Shown piece after piece: positions 22,601-30,931 of a stretch of 64,000 nt of DNA (position 1 is the stretch's first letter; each line of letters begins with the position of its first letter). Source of the stretch: Klebsiella phage N1M2; sequence record MN642089.1; one strand, 5' to 3'. The notes under the pieces are model-generated. The model was not told the DNA's origin. It worked only from the letters and a program-made list of their open reading frames with translations, and did no database searches. The translations under genes were made by a program, and so were the position numbers.

Positions 22601-23880
22601 TCGTAATCGTAGAACCGCATCTCATCAAGAGGTTGCCAGTTATCCGCCATGTAGTTGGCAATACCACCACCAGACATAGCGATATGAGAAACTGTGTTAC
22701 CCATATCTGTTACTTTGGCAATCTGTTCCCTAATAAAGGTGCCTTGTTCAGGGTATTTCTTTATTAGGTTATCGATGGCTCTTTTACCTGGACCACGTGT
22801 AAAGAAGTATGGTAATTGGTCTACTGCCACACCAGCTATCATCTTACCAATGATATTGCCGAGCAAGCCGCGACTAAACCCTACATCACTACCCATCTCC
22901 AAACCGTCTGCAAGGTTCCCTAAGAGATCACTAATCCCATTATAGGCATCTTTACGGTTACCGGCATTAAACCGATCACGGAGCATTCCAGAGATACCGC
23001 CAACACGTTTACCAACCGCATTGAACACACTGTTTCGCATGTACTCTTTGGATGCAGTAAATGTATTGGTCTTTTCAAAATCTGAAAGTTTACTGTACTG
23101 AACAATACGTTTCAGTTCAGCAACTTCGGCATGAATACCAGCTTCCATGAACTTGTAGAATTTCGCATCTTGAACATAAGAGCGTGCCATCAAGTTCAGT
23201 TTGGCTTGATCCAATTTAGCTTGTACATTTCTTTGGTAGCTAAGAAGGTCACGTATCCCACCTTCTATATTTACAAGCTGTCTATTACCTGCACCAATAG
23301 TTGCAGATATCTGACCGCCTACGGTGGCAGCCATATTGTTTAAAGATTCACCGAGTGAAGCAAACATAGCTGATTGAGCCATTACTGAAGCATCAATAGC
23401 TTGGTCTACATCATCTTCGTCAACATTACCTAGTTTGGCATTGAAATTAGGATTTTCAGGATCGAGACGTTCCCAACTGGAGAAGTCTTTTTCACTGAAA
23501 TTACCTAATGCATTCTGAGCAAAACCAGGAAGCTTTGAACCCATTCTCTGATTGAGGTGGGAAGCAATGCTTTGTAAGGATTTGGCGGATTCGGCATTTT
23601 CCTCTTTAAACTCTCTAACCAGATCGTCAACACGACTACTGACAAAAGAAAGTTTATCAAGGGCATTGCTGTAAGAACTTGGTAAGATAGTTCTCAGTGT
23701 TCTCATGCGAGCTTCACCGGAACCTAAGGTTTCATCAAAAGCACCTTGCAGAAAACCTGTTGCAAGACTTCTGACAAACCCCTTACCTTTAAAGGGATCC
23801 ATATCGAAATCCATATCGAAATCTATATCCCCGGCAAATGGATCATCTCCCCAATCCATATCGAAATTATCGCTTGCCAT
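16693..23880 (-). CDS. giant virion-type protein (2395 aa) with internal GH19-like lysozyme domain
   Basis: Acidic DFDMD repeats at the N-terminus; GH19 signatures KKETGNY and YRGRGFFQLTGKANY at about nt 17330-17830; Pro/Ala/Ser-rich low-complexity C-terminus; size and the ejection-protein-plus-lysozyme architecture resemble internal virion proteins of jumbo phages. Confidence 0.8.
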   Translation of the reverse strand: MASDNFDMDWGDDPFAGDIDFDMDFDMDPFKGKGFVRSLATGFLQGAFDETLGSGEARMRTLRTILPSSYSNALDKLSFVSSRVDDLVREFKEENAESAKSLQSIASHLNQRMGSKLPGFAQNALGNFSEKDFSSWERLDPENPNFNAKLGNVDEDDVDQAIDASVMAQSAMFASLGESLNNMAATVGGQISATIGAGNRQLVNIEGGIRDLLSYQRNVQAKLDQAKLNLMARSYVQDAKFYKFMEAGIHAEVAELKRIVQYSKLSDFEKTNTFTASKEYMRNSVFNAVGKRVGGISGMLRDRFNAGNRKDAYNGISDLLGNLADGLEMGSDVGFSRGLLGNIIGKMIAGVAVDQLPYFFTRGPGKRAIDNLIKKYPEQGTFIREQIAKVTDMGNTVSHIAMSGGGIANYMADNWQPLDEMRFYDYEEYVDSLPPGRKPIPKAVWVAKNAAENKAKQSLNRLMSETTRSRGTQYTINRRNPKDLDKPGIWKEMNNITLNEVLPGLISQTNLILEKMRTGRDDVESVGYNYTRGQFQKDSDRRISVASDLMPHSEFRSFTSAALNMVDSLDPDKLLSPGARKALAKQIVVDVDKEYGFQPLYYLGDIPGVSPENLKEIHAVMKRHFGITDDEVRQFQSGDGLTRTKMLGRLNTAEGRERLNAASSKAQDLKENIPNITERINLLRATGNEQMLRDLGVIYTDNGIDKINIQAFHDRIGMYMDNPDNPVLKGATPSGNGPSPTLGGIRAGAGPTANPYEDLNNTLGTLNERLSNLDQLKNSTTVNWDSETGVFSDIKTSNQGILDKTTEMSMLLTTMLDLAKAGKLFSGAPSPRVEQQEEVAKRSVLDRIKKLVPNDVLGRSAEFLFKNNPLILGGLLGGVASSFMQNPIMAASVAGLGLLGGAWLQHRQRSGAAPEGDAPSDEEDILDERGEPILKAAKLRAGEYVDMATKKVIKTWEDIRGPVMDAINKSVVGARELAGKIFGSDGRAVALKGLRSVRDAAVGAYNMLNPMERIRSTIQLGKEFLYQQDVFLKSDLKNPVLRASKFKTGDYFVRDANGSFKPITGWNEIDGAVYDNQGNQLVSEEEYQSGLVTASGAAVRNVGGMAANMVGGAAGLARAGINNLLGRFGYSQGPNREGNGAAGRKSGPNGVERRLDKIYRLLCKQFDIPAEVDPDEPLGVTGESSDNSLRLNSLAWKEKQKEKQEKHRVNEAIINISETLGGSKEEGAGKKEGGGLFDKLKGLVMGAGGFAVKLFKNPLGAIGDILGGVGKFALGTTAASIKRLGKIGSAMFSGVLGVASPIYKLLKLGFTKLAQAFVMGKAAGGMRRGLFGGSPADDLDVEQRGQSTRRRRGGARAGRGGRLGRMGRFAFGSPTAAVGSYLLADMFGDDTQDATPTSAADVSMGERDSVTGHYRTQGDAVVDVLTQWLPSGMLAKAATDSLPMDKETREGLDNYGLFWSSDKKFFFKRDEMEAYEDKIKGVSKTPDGYGELKTQYATQPRAVRFAMYGCADQQSSFGRRLGWLEQVLYPYVTIRDNRASLKKDAPIEKILTDFMNTDSGTNHDAGAIQTWFVARFKPVFLVTNAAVSVARMGDIESFDNAKGYEVVQVLERVQQTLNTFSPNPFTIDVRVDSKYGTMGPESTRHKIDAVLKDMEKSYPKPSTTVEKIAPTVEANAKAQAPGVPKETGPSAEITAQDAMSKIAARASMDDIEKRFSQPEQVKTIDISDLMPGGDKEMDPFVMTRLAVYGNIDNMPWRVEAVLRLERYVESYIMVIGDQARFTGKSSQLLELFKPAFRISTKLAEMNWMTWFRDRFLPTLMTYTIEVKKLTGVVPERGWKQLSATNRAKVARKLTEQMVTVDEQLKTVWEVQASPFPNSTSGKWSDRADRYLKILDMKAQEARLKDPELEEEKSRGTSGDDPVQMAQAARSRQAAQSAIQEVFGNNKGIGGSSFTPSMNGVRTGGPTSVYPNPTMSVDGGGAGSAGQFMGKADANFNPEFLKKAGEDKGIKMSPEQGEKLMLNHLLKAGITDIKTIALALAMVKKETGNYQNTVENTNWSAPTLLKYFKNIPDAATAQKVAAMSPAERAMWVYGRAPKGPQLGNTTPEDGWKYRGRGFFQLTGKANYERFKKETGIDVVSNPQLVSEDPNVMAESAVRFLKNNKAMLSIAKTGDFDTAVRGINGGNAVPATDERRRYYQEYLNKLRNGDLALDGAEAEQAAATPPAPTNEPPAAADKGVPQGAVATDTPIATPPGQNTVSDLLKSDARNTAPSNAGTPPPMKTASTLDPGVAAGDTNDGPVNTVNSSAPSIDQPRAPTSSSSPSSNSAQPAPVKEAAKPVDKQAMPQVVQAPAMPDHINTTDATAAGQLAIANQTLNKIAQLLERSSSNSPMVRMN

Positions 23881-23910
23881 TAATTTACCCTCGTTTAGGA
23901 TATCTCAGTA

Positions 23911-25527
23911 ATGAGCAGAAAACCTACTAACTTTACCTTGCTTGATACAAACAAGGTGCCCTGGGGAACTATGACACCAGTTACGGTGGCAGACTCGTTC
24001 GAAGGGCAAACTAGTAACCTTAATGATGATGGTTTATATTCCACATCCATCTTTGGCCGTGTAGGTACGGATGAACGTGATAAAACTATCTCATATATCG
24101 ATGTTACTCTCCCAATATTCAACCCCACGTATTTTAAAGCACTAATTCAACTGAAAGCTTTATACGGCGAAATCATCCGGGGTAGAGCATATGCAGTTTG
24201 GGATGCTGCTGAAAAGGATTTCATAAAATCCAACATCTTAGAAGGCGATACTGGATATGCTTTCTTCATGTCACATTTCCACGAACTCGATCCTGTACAG
24301 AATGAATCTTTCAAACGTAAACAGAAGATCGACCTGGTAGAACAATTCAGAGACAGAGCGCTCTCTAATAAGGTTATCGTTATACCTGCCGGTATTCGCG
24401 ATATTGAAATGAACAACGGCGTTGTTTCAGAAAACGAGATCAACGACCTTTATCGTAAACTTATCTTCCGTTCCAAATCTCTTAACGTAAGAAATGTGGA
24501 CATCGACGATCCAGTCTATGATAATATCCGTTGGGGTTTACAAGAGTCTTTCAACAATATCGCTGACTTCCTATTTAAGATGCAGGAAGGTAAACGTGGC
24601 TTCATGCAACGTCGCATGTCACGCCGTAGTATTTTCGGGGCGACTCGTAACGTTATTACCTCCCGTAAAGTATCAGTAGAAAACTGCGACGATAACGTCA
24701 CAGGCGATCCTAACTCCACCATCATCGGTTTGTATCAAGCACTGCTTGGATTCAACCTGGTGGCCATACATGAACTCTCAAGTGGGTTCTTGAGTGAAGT
24801 GTTTACTTCTGGTATGGGTGTTGCTCGTCTCGTTGACCCTAAAACGCTCAAGGGAACTTATGTTGATGTAAGTCCGGTAGTCGTAGATAAATTTACTTCT
24901 TCAGATGGCTTGACTTCTCTCTTTAATGGTTATGGTTCTCCTAACTTGAGAAACCGTGATATCAGAGTAGCTGGCCACTATCTCGGATTGGTTTATGACG
25001 ACGGTAAGAATGTCATGCTGTTACACGACATTGACGATCTTCCTGAATCATTCGATAAGAAGAAAGTTAGACCGGTAACTTATACTCAGTTCTTTTATAT
25101 GCAATGTGTAAAAGCAATTGAGAAGAAGATGTTGCAGGTTACACGTTACCCAATCACAGGTATCGGTTCTATCTATCCGAGCCGTGTCTTTGTAATGCCA
25201 ACTAACTCAACTTCCAGCAAACGTACATTATTAGATATTGATGGTTCCCCAATCGATACTTATAACTACTTCCCGGAATGGACTAAGAATCCAAGTTACT
25301 TTGACGGTATGTCTATTGCGAATATTCGCTTGGGACTTGCCGGTGGTGACTTCGATGGCGACGCCTTGTCTGCTAACTCCATTATGGCTGAAGACTCCAT
25401 TGCTGAGATTGAGAGTTTGTTTGGTAAACGTGACTTCTACATTTCTGGTTCTGGTGATTTCCTTTATGACCCAGTTCAGGAACCACATGAATTCCTTTTA
25501 CGCTCATTAACAAATGGATTAGCATAA
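23911..25527 (+). CDS. multisubunit-RNAP beta-prime-like N-terminal fragment (split subunit)
   Basis: Motif AGGDFDGDALSAN matches the universal beta-prime catalytic loop NADFDGD; the protein ends about 60 aa after the motif, as for split beta-prime in phiKZ-like phage RNAPs. Confidence 0.65.
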   Translation: MSRKPTNFTLLDTNKVPWGTMTPVTVADSFEGQTSNLNDDGLYSTSIFGRVGTDERDKTISYIDVTLPIFNPTYFKALIQLKALYGEIIRGRAYAVWDAAEKDFIKSNILEGDTGYAFFMSHFHELDPVQNESFKRKQKIDLVEQFRDRALSNKVIVIPAGIRDIEMNNGVVSENEINDLYRKLIFRSKSLNVRNVDIDDPVYDNIRWGLQESFNNIADFLFKMQEGKRGFMQRRMSRRSIFGATRNVITSRKVSVENCDDNVTGDPNSTIIGLYQALLGFNLVAIHELSSGFLSEVFTSGMGVARLVDPKTLKGTYVDVSPVVVDKFTSSDGLTSLFNGYGSPNLRNRDIRVAGHYLGLVYDDGKNVMLLHDIDDLPESFDKKKVRPVTYTQFFYMQCVKAIEKKMLQVTRYPITGIGSIYPSRVFVMPTNSTSSKRTLLDIDGSPIDTYNYFPEWTKNPSYFDGMSIANIRLGLAGGDFDGDALSANSIMAEDSIAEIESLFGKRDFYISGSGDFLYDPVQEPHEFLLRSLTNGLA

Positions 25528-28500
25528 TGTTCAAAGAACCTATCATTATTGATGGGAGTGAGGCCATGCAGTATAACATGTTTGTTAAGCTGTATGGTAC
25601 TCGCGAGAAGACTAACGATATCACCAATCCCCGCTATACTCCTGTCGGGGATATCATGCTTCCGCGTAATTCACTCATTCACTATCAACAGCAACATCCT
25701 GGTGAAATAGGTCCGAGTAACACCGCACCTTTTATTAGTAACTTTGATAAACGTATCAACATTTACTTTAACGTTAATTATGAAACTGTTCTTGGTGTAA
25801 CTAAAATTGAGAACATTCAGTTAAGTAAAATTATCAAAGGCTACGAAGGTTCACACTTCATCTATAGTCGTGCTCGTCAATATCAGACGGTCATTGGTAA
25901 AGAAGGTGAGCTGTTAGTAAACGACTTGGCTGTAGGTCAGATTCCTGTTGTCTATAAACGCAGAACTGTATTCACGCCATATCAAAAATCCTACAACGAA
26001 ATGTACACGTTGATGGATTCCGTAAATGAATTTGCTAAGTTTGGTCGTCACCAGTTTATCCAAATTGAAATGCCTCGCGTCTTCCCTACCTTTAAAAATC
26101 TTCAGCTGAACTTTGAGAAGTATAAGAAGTTCTTTAATGAAGATTATGAAGTTGTTCGGTATGACAAGATTCCTCTTCAACCATTCCAAGCAGAGCAATC
26201 ATTCTGGTTGTTGGATCTGTATGGGATTCTGATGGGTTATGAAGATGCTAAGTACAGCCTGTTTAACCGTTTGAGTGATCAAGCACGTCAACAGCTGGAA
26301 ATCATTTTCACCTATAACGGTATGTGCTGGATTGTTAACTTACAGAACCTAATTAACGTTCTGAGTTATTCAGACAAACCTAATGATGAAAAAGCTAGCT
26401 CTTTAAAGATCAACTATTTCAAACGCTTCTATCTATCTTTAATTAGCCTAGTTACTCCTATCTCGGAAGGTATTGGGAAAGTTAAGGATGAAGAAGAAGA
26501 TAACGGGGACGATGACCAAGACGGGCAGTCAACTAGAAGAGAAACTGCTGATGACAAATCGTCCGAAGAAGGGGTTCCTGGGAAGGGTACCGCTGTGGGT
26601 GATAATTCTGGGGGTAGTTCTTTGGCTGATCTTTACGCCAGCACTCCGAGAAGCGATACTCTACAAAACGACGCCGTACGAAGTGAGGGAACGCAAGCTG
26701 ATACTGAAGCACATGACCCAGTCGCCGATGCATCAGACGAGGAAGACGACGTAGACCAAGACAGTTGGGGACAAGATGTCCCAGATGAACTGTTTGAACG
26801 TGCTACTGTTGAAAACGTCTCTCTGACTGTCGCTCAAGCTGCAAGTCCTACTTCAACTATCTCTCGTCAATTAACGGAACTTTCTCGTAACGGTCAATTA
26901 ACTTCCAAAGAGAAAGACTTTTATGAAAGAGCTGCTAACAGTTATCATGACATTGAGTTTGGCGGACACACGCTGGCTGAGATCGTAGATATCAAACCTG
27001 AGGACATGGTTCTCAAAGATACTTCGATTGCTCCAGACTCAATCGTAATTACTGATAAGTCGGCCCTTAAATCACGTACTGAACTTCTCAGCGATGAGTA
27101 CATCAAGAACATTCACCAGAGAAACATTCTGGAAATGATTCTGCATGTTCAGAACGGCGGTACCGCATTAACCGATCTGGAAGTAGAAAGAACAATTACG
27201 GCTGACTCTAAGTATGATGTTTATACCATGAAGTTCCAGCGTGTTAAAGGTGGACAATCTACTCGTCGTATGCGTTTACCTGTGGTTGAAGAAGATGGTA
27301 CCTTTACCATTAACGGTGTTAAGTCTTATATGCAGTTAATGCGTATGGAACTTCCTATCCGCAAAATCTCTCCAACTAAGGTTGCCCTCACTTCTTATTA
27401 CGATAAGAAGGTAATGGTTGAACGCTCAACTAAGAAAGTAGATGACTATGCTCGTTGGTTGAAATCGAGTATCATCGAAAGGTCTTATGTTGATAAGACT
27501 CTCCAGGTAGGTCTTGGTGGATTCAAACCACCTAAAGAAGAAGTCTGTTACTATTATTCTGTTCTGGCTTCCCGTTTCAAAACCGTCATTACTCCCGAAT
27601 ACCATTTCGACTTCGATACTGTTTCCTTAGTAGATGGTAAACGTGAGTTGGCTAAGTTGTGTAATACCAACAGCTGGTTAATTGGCTTTAAAGGCGAACA
27701 CCCTATCCTTATCGATAGCACTGGTCTGATTACAGTGGATGGGGCAGAGCAAGGTTATATTGAAGAGATCTTGGGGTTAAACATTTCCAAGGCTCCTATC
27801 CCTACTGCTACTGTTAACATCAATGGGTATCATTTCCCAGCGATTGTTGTTCTGTCTTATTGGATTGGTTTCAGTAATGTCCTGAAGGCTCTCAAAGCTC
27901 AGTACCGAACTGTAGACCCTGATCAACGTCCTAACTTAGGCGCTGATGAGTATATGGTCCAGTTAGCCGATGAACGCTTGATCTTCAACCGTCGTGATGA
28001 ACTTACCACACTGGTGATGTCCGGTCTTCGTAAGTTAAACAACTTGAGTAACTTCTCTCGTTCTAACTTAGATGATCCTAATATCTGGTTTGGTCTTGTC
28101 GGTGACCAACGTGTTAAACCAAGTCACTTCAAAGAAATGACTATGTTGTATGACATGTTTATCGATCCGATTACGATGCGTTTGTTAGAGAAATTCAAAT
28201 ATCCAGTTGTTATGGATAAGTTGATCATCGAAGCTGTTAAGCTGATGCTCTCTAATGAATCCAAACACGAAATCGAAATCACCGAACAACGTTTCGTCGG
28301 TTATGAACGTTTTGCTGGTCATGTTTATCGTGAGATGGTTAAAGCAACTCGTCAAGCACGTAACAAACCAAATAACGGTAAGGTTACTTTCGACCTCAAC
28401 CCTGAAGCCGTGATGATGAACATTATCACTGACTCCTCAGCCCAAGCTTGTGAAGAGGTTAACCCAGTTCACCAAGTTAAGCAACAAGAGGAAGTTACTT

Positions 28501-29867
28501 TCGGTGGTTCATTGGGTCGTAGTGATCGTGCAATGGTTCGTCGTACTCGTGGTCAATTACCTAACTATGAAGGGATTATCTCTGAGGCAGGTAAAGACTC
28601 CGGTAAAGTTGGTTTCATTAGTTACCTAACTTCTGATGCCAAGATCGTTGACCTTTATGGTAACATTAACGTTAAAGAGAAAACAACCAACACTGGTCGT
28701 GGCTCTGTCGTTATGAACTTACTGTACGGTACAACGAAGGACGATACCAAACGTACTCTGTTCTCTGGTGTTCAGCAGTCTCAGGTTATGGCTGCGGATA
28801 ACTACGTGATGAACCCGCTGCGTACTTCTTATGATACCGTTCTTGCTTATCGTACTTCTGAACTTTATTCTTCTGTTGCAAAACAAAATGGTAAAGTGAC
28901 TGAAGTTACTGCTTATGGCATGAAAGTTGAATATGAAGATGGTTCCGAAGATAAGTTCCCATTAGGTTATGAGATTGGTAAAGGTGCTGGTGAATATCAT
29001 AAGCACATGAAAATTACCGACTTCAAAGTTGGGGATAAGTTTGAGAAGGGAACTATTGTAGCGTGGGATGAGATGTTCTTTGCACGAGACAACATTGATC
29101 CGACTCGCGTTGTGTGGAAAGCTGGTGCGATTGCTCGTATTGCATTGATTGAAGACCAGTTCACCTTTGAGGACTCCATCGGTATCGTTAAAGGTTTTGC
29201 TGAAGCTTCGACTTCTCCATTCCTTAAACCGAATGATTTCAAAGTAGAAGCTGTTCAATCTATCAAGATGCATGTGAAGGTTGGTGATACTGTTGAGTAC
29301 GATCAGATCCTATGTGACATCGAGAACCCGGTCTCGGCTGTATTCGAAGCTGATGATAGTGGTGATTTTGATGGTCTTGATCGTGCGGGTATTAAACAGA
29401 TCAAAGCTAAACAGTCTGGGGTGATCTCTAAAATTGAAGTTGTTTATAACGGCGACATCGATGGTTGGAGTGAATCTCTTCGTTCCTTTATTAACAAGCA
29501 AAATGGGATTCGTTCTAAAGTAGCTAGTTATAAAGTGAATGCCGCTACAACTGGTAACGTTGGTGGTAACACTTCGGTTGGTAAATCTAAAGTGTATCCT
29601 GATACTGCTGTTGTTTATATTTATATCGACAACAAGATCAAAACCACTACTGCAGATAAGTTCGTAGTTGGTAACCAGATGAAAGGCACTGTTGGGTTTA
29701 TCTATGAACACCCAATCTACACTACCGACGGTCGTCCTGTAGATATTACGTTCTCTCTTAAATCACTACTGAACCGAATGGTACTTAGTCTTCGTGACAA
29801 GTTGGTAGCGAATGAAGTGAACAACGTTTATACAGAACGCATGGTTTCGAAATACGGAAAATATTAA
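25527..29867 (+). CDS. large protein (1446 aa) translationally coupled to the beta-prime-like fragment; possible further RNAP module
   Basis: Start overlaps the upstream stop (TAATG); contains an about 100-aa acidic Asp/Glu/Ser-rich linker; no canonical beta or beta-prime C-terminal motif seen by eye. Confidence 0.75.
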   Translation: MFKEPIIIDGSEAMQYNMFVKLYGTREKTNDITNPRYTPVGDIMLPRNSLIHYQQQHPGEIGPSNTAPFISNFDKRINIYFNVNYETVLGVTKIENIQLSKIIKGYEGSHFIYSRARQYQTVIGKEGELLVNDLAVGQIPVVYKRRTVFTPYQKSYNEMYTLMDSVNEFAKFGRHQFIQIEMPRVFPTFKNLQLNFEKYKKFFNEDYEVVRYDKIPLQPFQAEQSFWLLDLYGILMGYEDAKYSLFNRLSDQARQQLEIIFTYNGMCWIVNLQNLINVLSYSDKPNDEKASSLKINYFKRFYLSLISLVTPISEGIGKVKDEEEDNGDDDQDGQSTRRETADDKSSEEGVPGKGTAVGDNSGGSSLADLYASTPRSDTLQNDAVRSEGTQADTEAHDPVADASDEEDDVDQDSWGQDVPDELFERATVENVSLTVAQAASPTSTISRQLTELSRNGQLTSKEKDFYERAANSYHDIEFGGHTLAEIVDIKPEDMVLKDTSIAPDSIVITDKSALKSRTELLSDEYIKNIHQRNILEMILHVQNGGTALTDLEVERTITADSKYDVYTMKFQRVKGGQSTRRMRLPVVEEDGTFTINGVKSYMQLMRMELPIRKISPTKVALTSYYDKKVMVERSTKKVDDYARWLKSSIIERSYVDKTLQVGLGGFKPPKEEVCYYYSVLASRFKTVITPEYHFDFDTVSLVDGKRELAKLCNTNSWLIGFKGEHPILIDSTGLITVDGAEQGYIEEILGLNISKAPIPTATVNINGYHFPAIVVLSYWIGFSNVLKALKAQYRTVDPDQRPNLGADEYMVQLADERLIFNRRDELTTLVMSGLRKLNNLSNFSRSNLDDPNIWFGLVGDQRVKPSHFKEMTMLYDMFIDPITMRLLEKFKYPVVMDKLIIEAVKLMLSNESKHEIEITEQRFVGYERFAGHVYREMVKATRQARNKPNNGKVTFDLNPEAVMMNIITDSSAQACEEVNPVHQVKQQEEVTFGGSLGRSDRAMVRRTRGQLPNYEGIISEAGKDSGKVGFISYLTSDAKIVDLYGNINVKEKTTNTGRGSVVMNLLYGTTKDDTKRTLFSGVQQSQVMAADNYVMNPLRTSYDTVLAYRTSELYSSVAKQNGKVTEVTAYGMKVEYEDGSEDKFPLGYEIGKGAGEYHKHMKITDFKVGDKFEKGTIVAWDEMFFARDNIDPTRVVWKAGAIARIALIEDQFTFEDSIGIVKGFAEASTSPFLKPNDFKVEAVQSIKMHVKVGDTVEYDQILCDIENPVSAVFEADDSGDFDGLDRAGIKQIKAKQSGVISKIEVVYNGDIDGWSESLRSFINKQNGIRSKVASYKVNAATTGNVGGNTSVGKSKVYPDTAVVYIYIDNKIKTTTADKFVVGNQMKGTVGFIYEHPIYTTDGRPVDITFSLKSLLNRMVLSLRDKLVANEVNNVYTERMVSKYGKY

Positions 29868-29869
29868 AA

Positions 29870-30736
29870 ATGGCTAATAGTAACACTGATGTATTCGCAA
29901 TTAAAACATTGCAATCATTGTTACGAGAGCTTTCCCTATATAAAGGCCGCATTGACGGCCTTTTTGGGCAAGGTTGTCGTGATGCATTTAAATTGATGTT
30001 GCAAACTCATACTCCTAGTTTCAACACCACTCTCTATCAAGGTAGCTATGATGCAAGTCAAGTCTTTACTCTGGTTCAGACTGGTTTGGCTGCTGTTGGT
30101 CTATATACCCGTCGTATTGATGGTATCTGGGGTAGCGGCACTATGGATGGTTTCAATGAGCTTGTTGAATTCTATCGCAAAGCCAAAGGTCTCCCAACGT
30201 ACTGGTTTGCGTGGTCTGGGCATCCGAATGTCCCGGCGGCAGGTGTCGAGAATTATAAAGAATGGGTGATGCATTGGGGCAAACCTGCCGATCACACTTC
30301 CTTTATTCTCAGCTGTAATGCATTAGAAACTGGTCGTACTTTTAATCCTGCTATCCGTAACCCTAAATCTGGAGCAGTTGGCTTGATTCAATTCATGCCT
30401 AAAACTACTGCACCTGATCTGGGGACTACAGCAGATGCTCTTGCTAAAATGACTTTTGTTGAGCAACAAGAGTATGTCTTCAAATATTTTGAAAAGTACG
30501 GTTATATTAAGAAGTGCCAGCACCTTGAAGATTACTATCTTTCTATCTTCATGCCGAAACTGGTTGGTAAGAGCCCAGATGAAGTCGTTGCTTCTCGTGG
30601 TTCTCTGACTTATTCCCAGAACGCTGGTTTCGATGCCAATAAGAAAGGTTATTATACTGTAGGTGATATCGCATCTGCTATTAACCAGTTCTATTGGGAT
30701 GGTCTGGATCCTAAGAACCGTAAAGTTATTAATTAA
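29870..30736 (+). CDS. modular endolysin: two peptidoglycan-binding repeats + SLT-type lytic transglycosylase domain
   Basis: Two PG_binding_1-like repeats (LYKGRIDGLFGQGCRDAF and LYTRRIDGIWGSGTMDGF); C-terminal ETGRTFNPAIRNPKSGAVGLIQFMP matches the SLT motif ES-x-F-x-P-x-A-x-S-xx-GA-x-GLMQ. Confidence 0.75.
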   Translation: MANSNTDVFAIKTLQSLLRELSLYKGRIDGLFGQGCRDAFKLMLQTHTPSFNTTLYQGSYDASQVFTLVQTGLAAVGLYTRRIDGIWGSGTMDGFNELVEFYRKAKGLPTYWFAWSGHPNVPAAGVENYKEWVMHWGKPADHTSFILSCNALETGRTFNPAIRNPKSGAVGLIQFMPKTTAPDLGTTADALAKMTFVEQQEYVFKYFEKYGYIKKCQHLEDYYLSIFMPKLVGKSPDEVVASRGSLTYSQNAGFDANKKGYYTVGDIASAINQFYWDGLDPKNRKVIN

Positions 30737-30763
30737 CCGTCTCAAGAGCATAAGGAAAATTAC

Positions 30764-30931
30764 ATGTCTGCTGTAGACAATATCATTACAGTTAGCAACT
30801 TGTTTGAAGTTGTTAGCAAAGTAAAAGAAAAAGTAGGTTACGAGTTCCAGGCTCCTTTGGAAGCTGATGAACAGAACGAAGTTACCTCTCGTGCTATTAA
30901 ACAGAAAATCATGGAGAGCGTCTCAGAATGA
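30764..30931 (+). CDS. small hypothetical protein (55 aa), below the ORF-track cutoff
   Basis: ATG at 30764 with RBS taaggaaa; TGA overlaps the next ATG (aATGa) at 30928; fills an otherwise empty 190-bp gap. Confidence 0.5.
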   Translation: MSAVDNIITVSNLFEVVSKVKEKVGYEFQAPLEADEQNEVTSRAIKQKIMESVSE

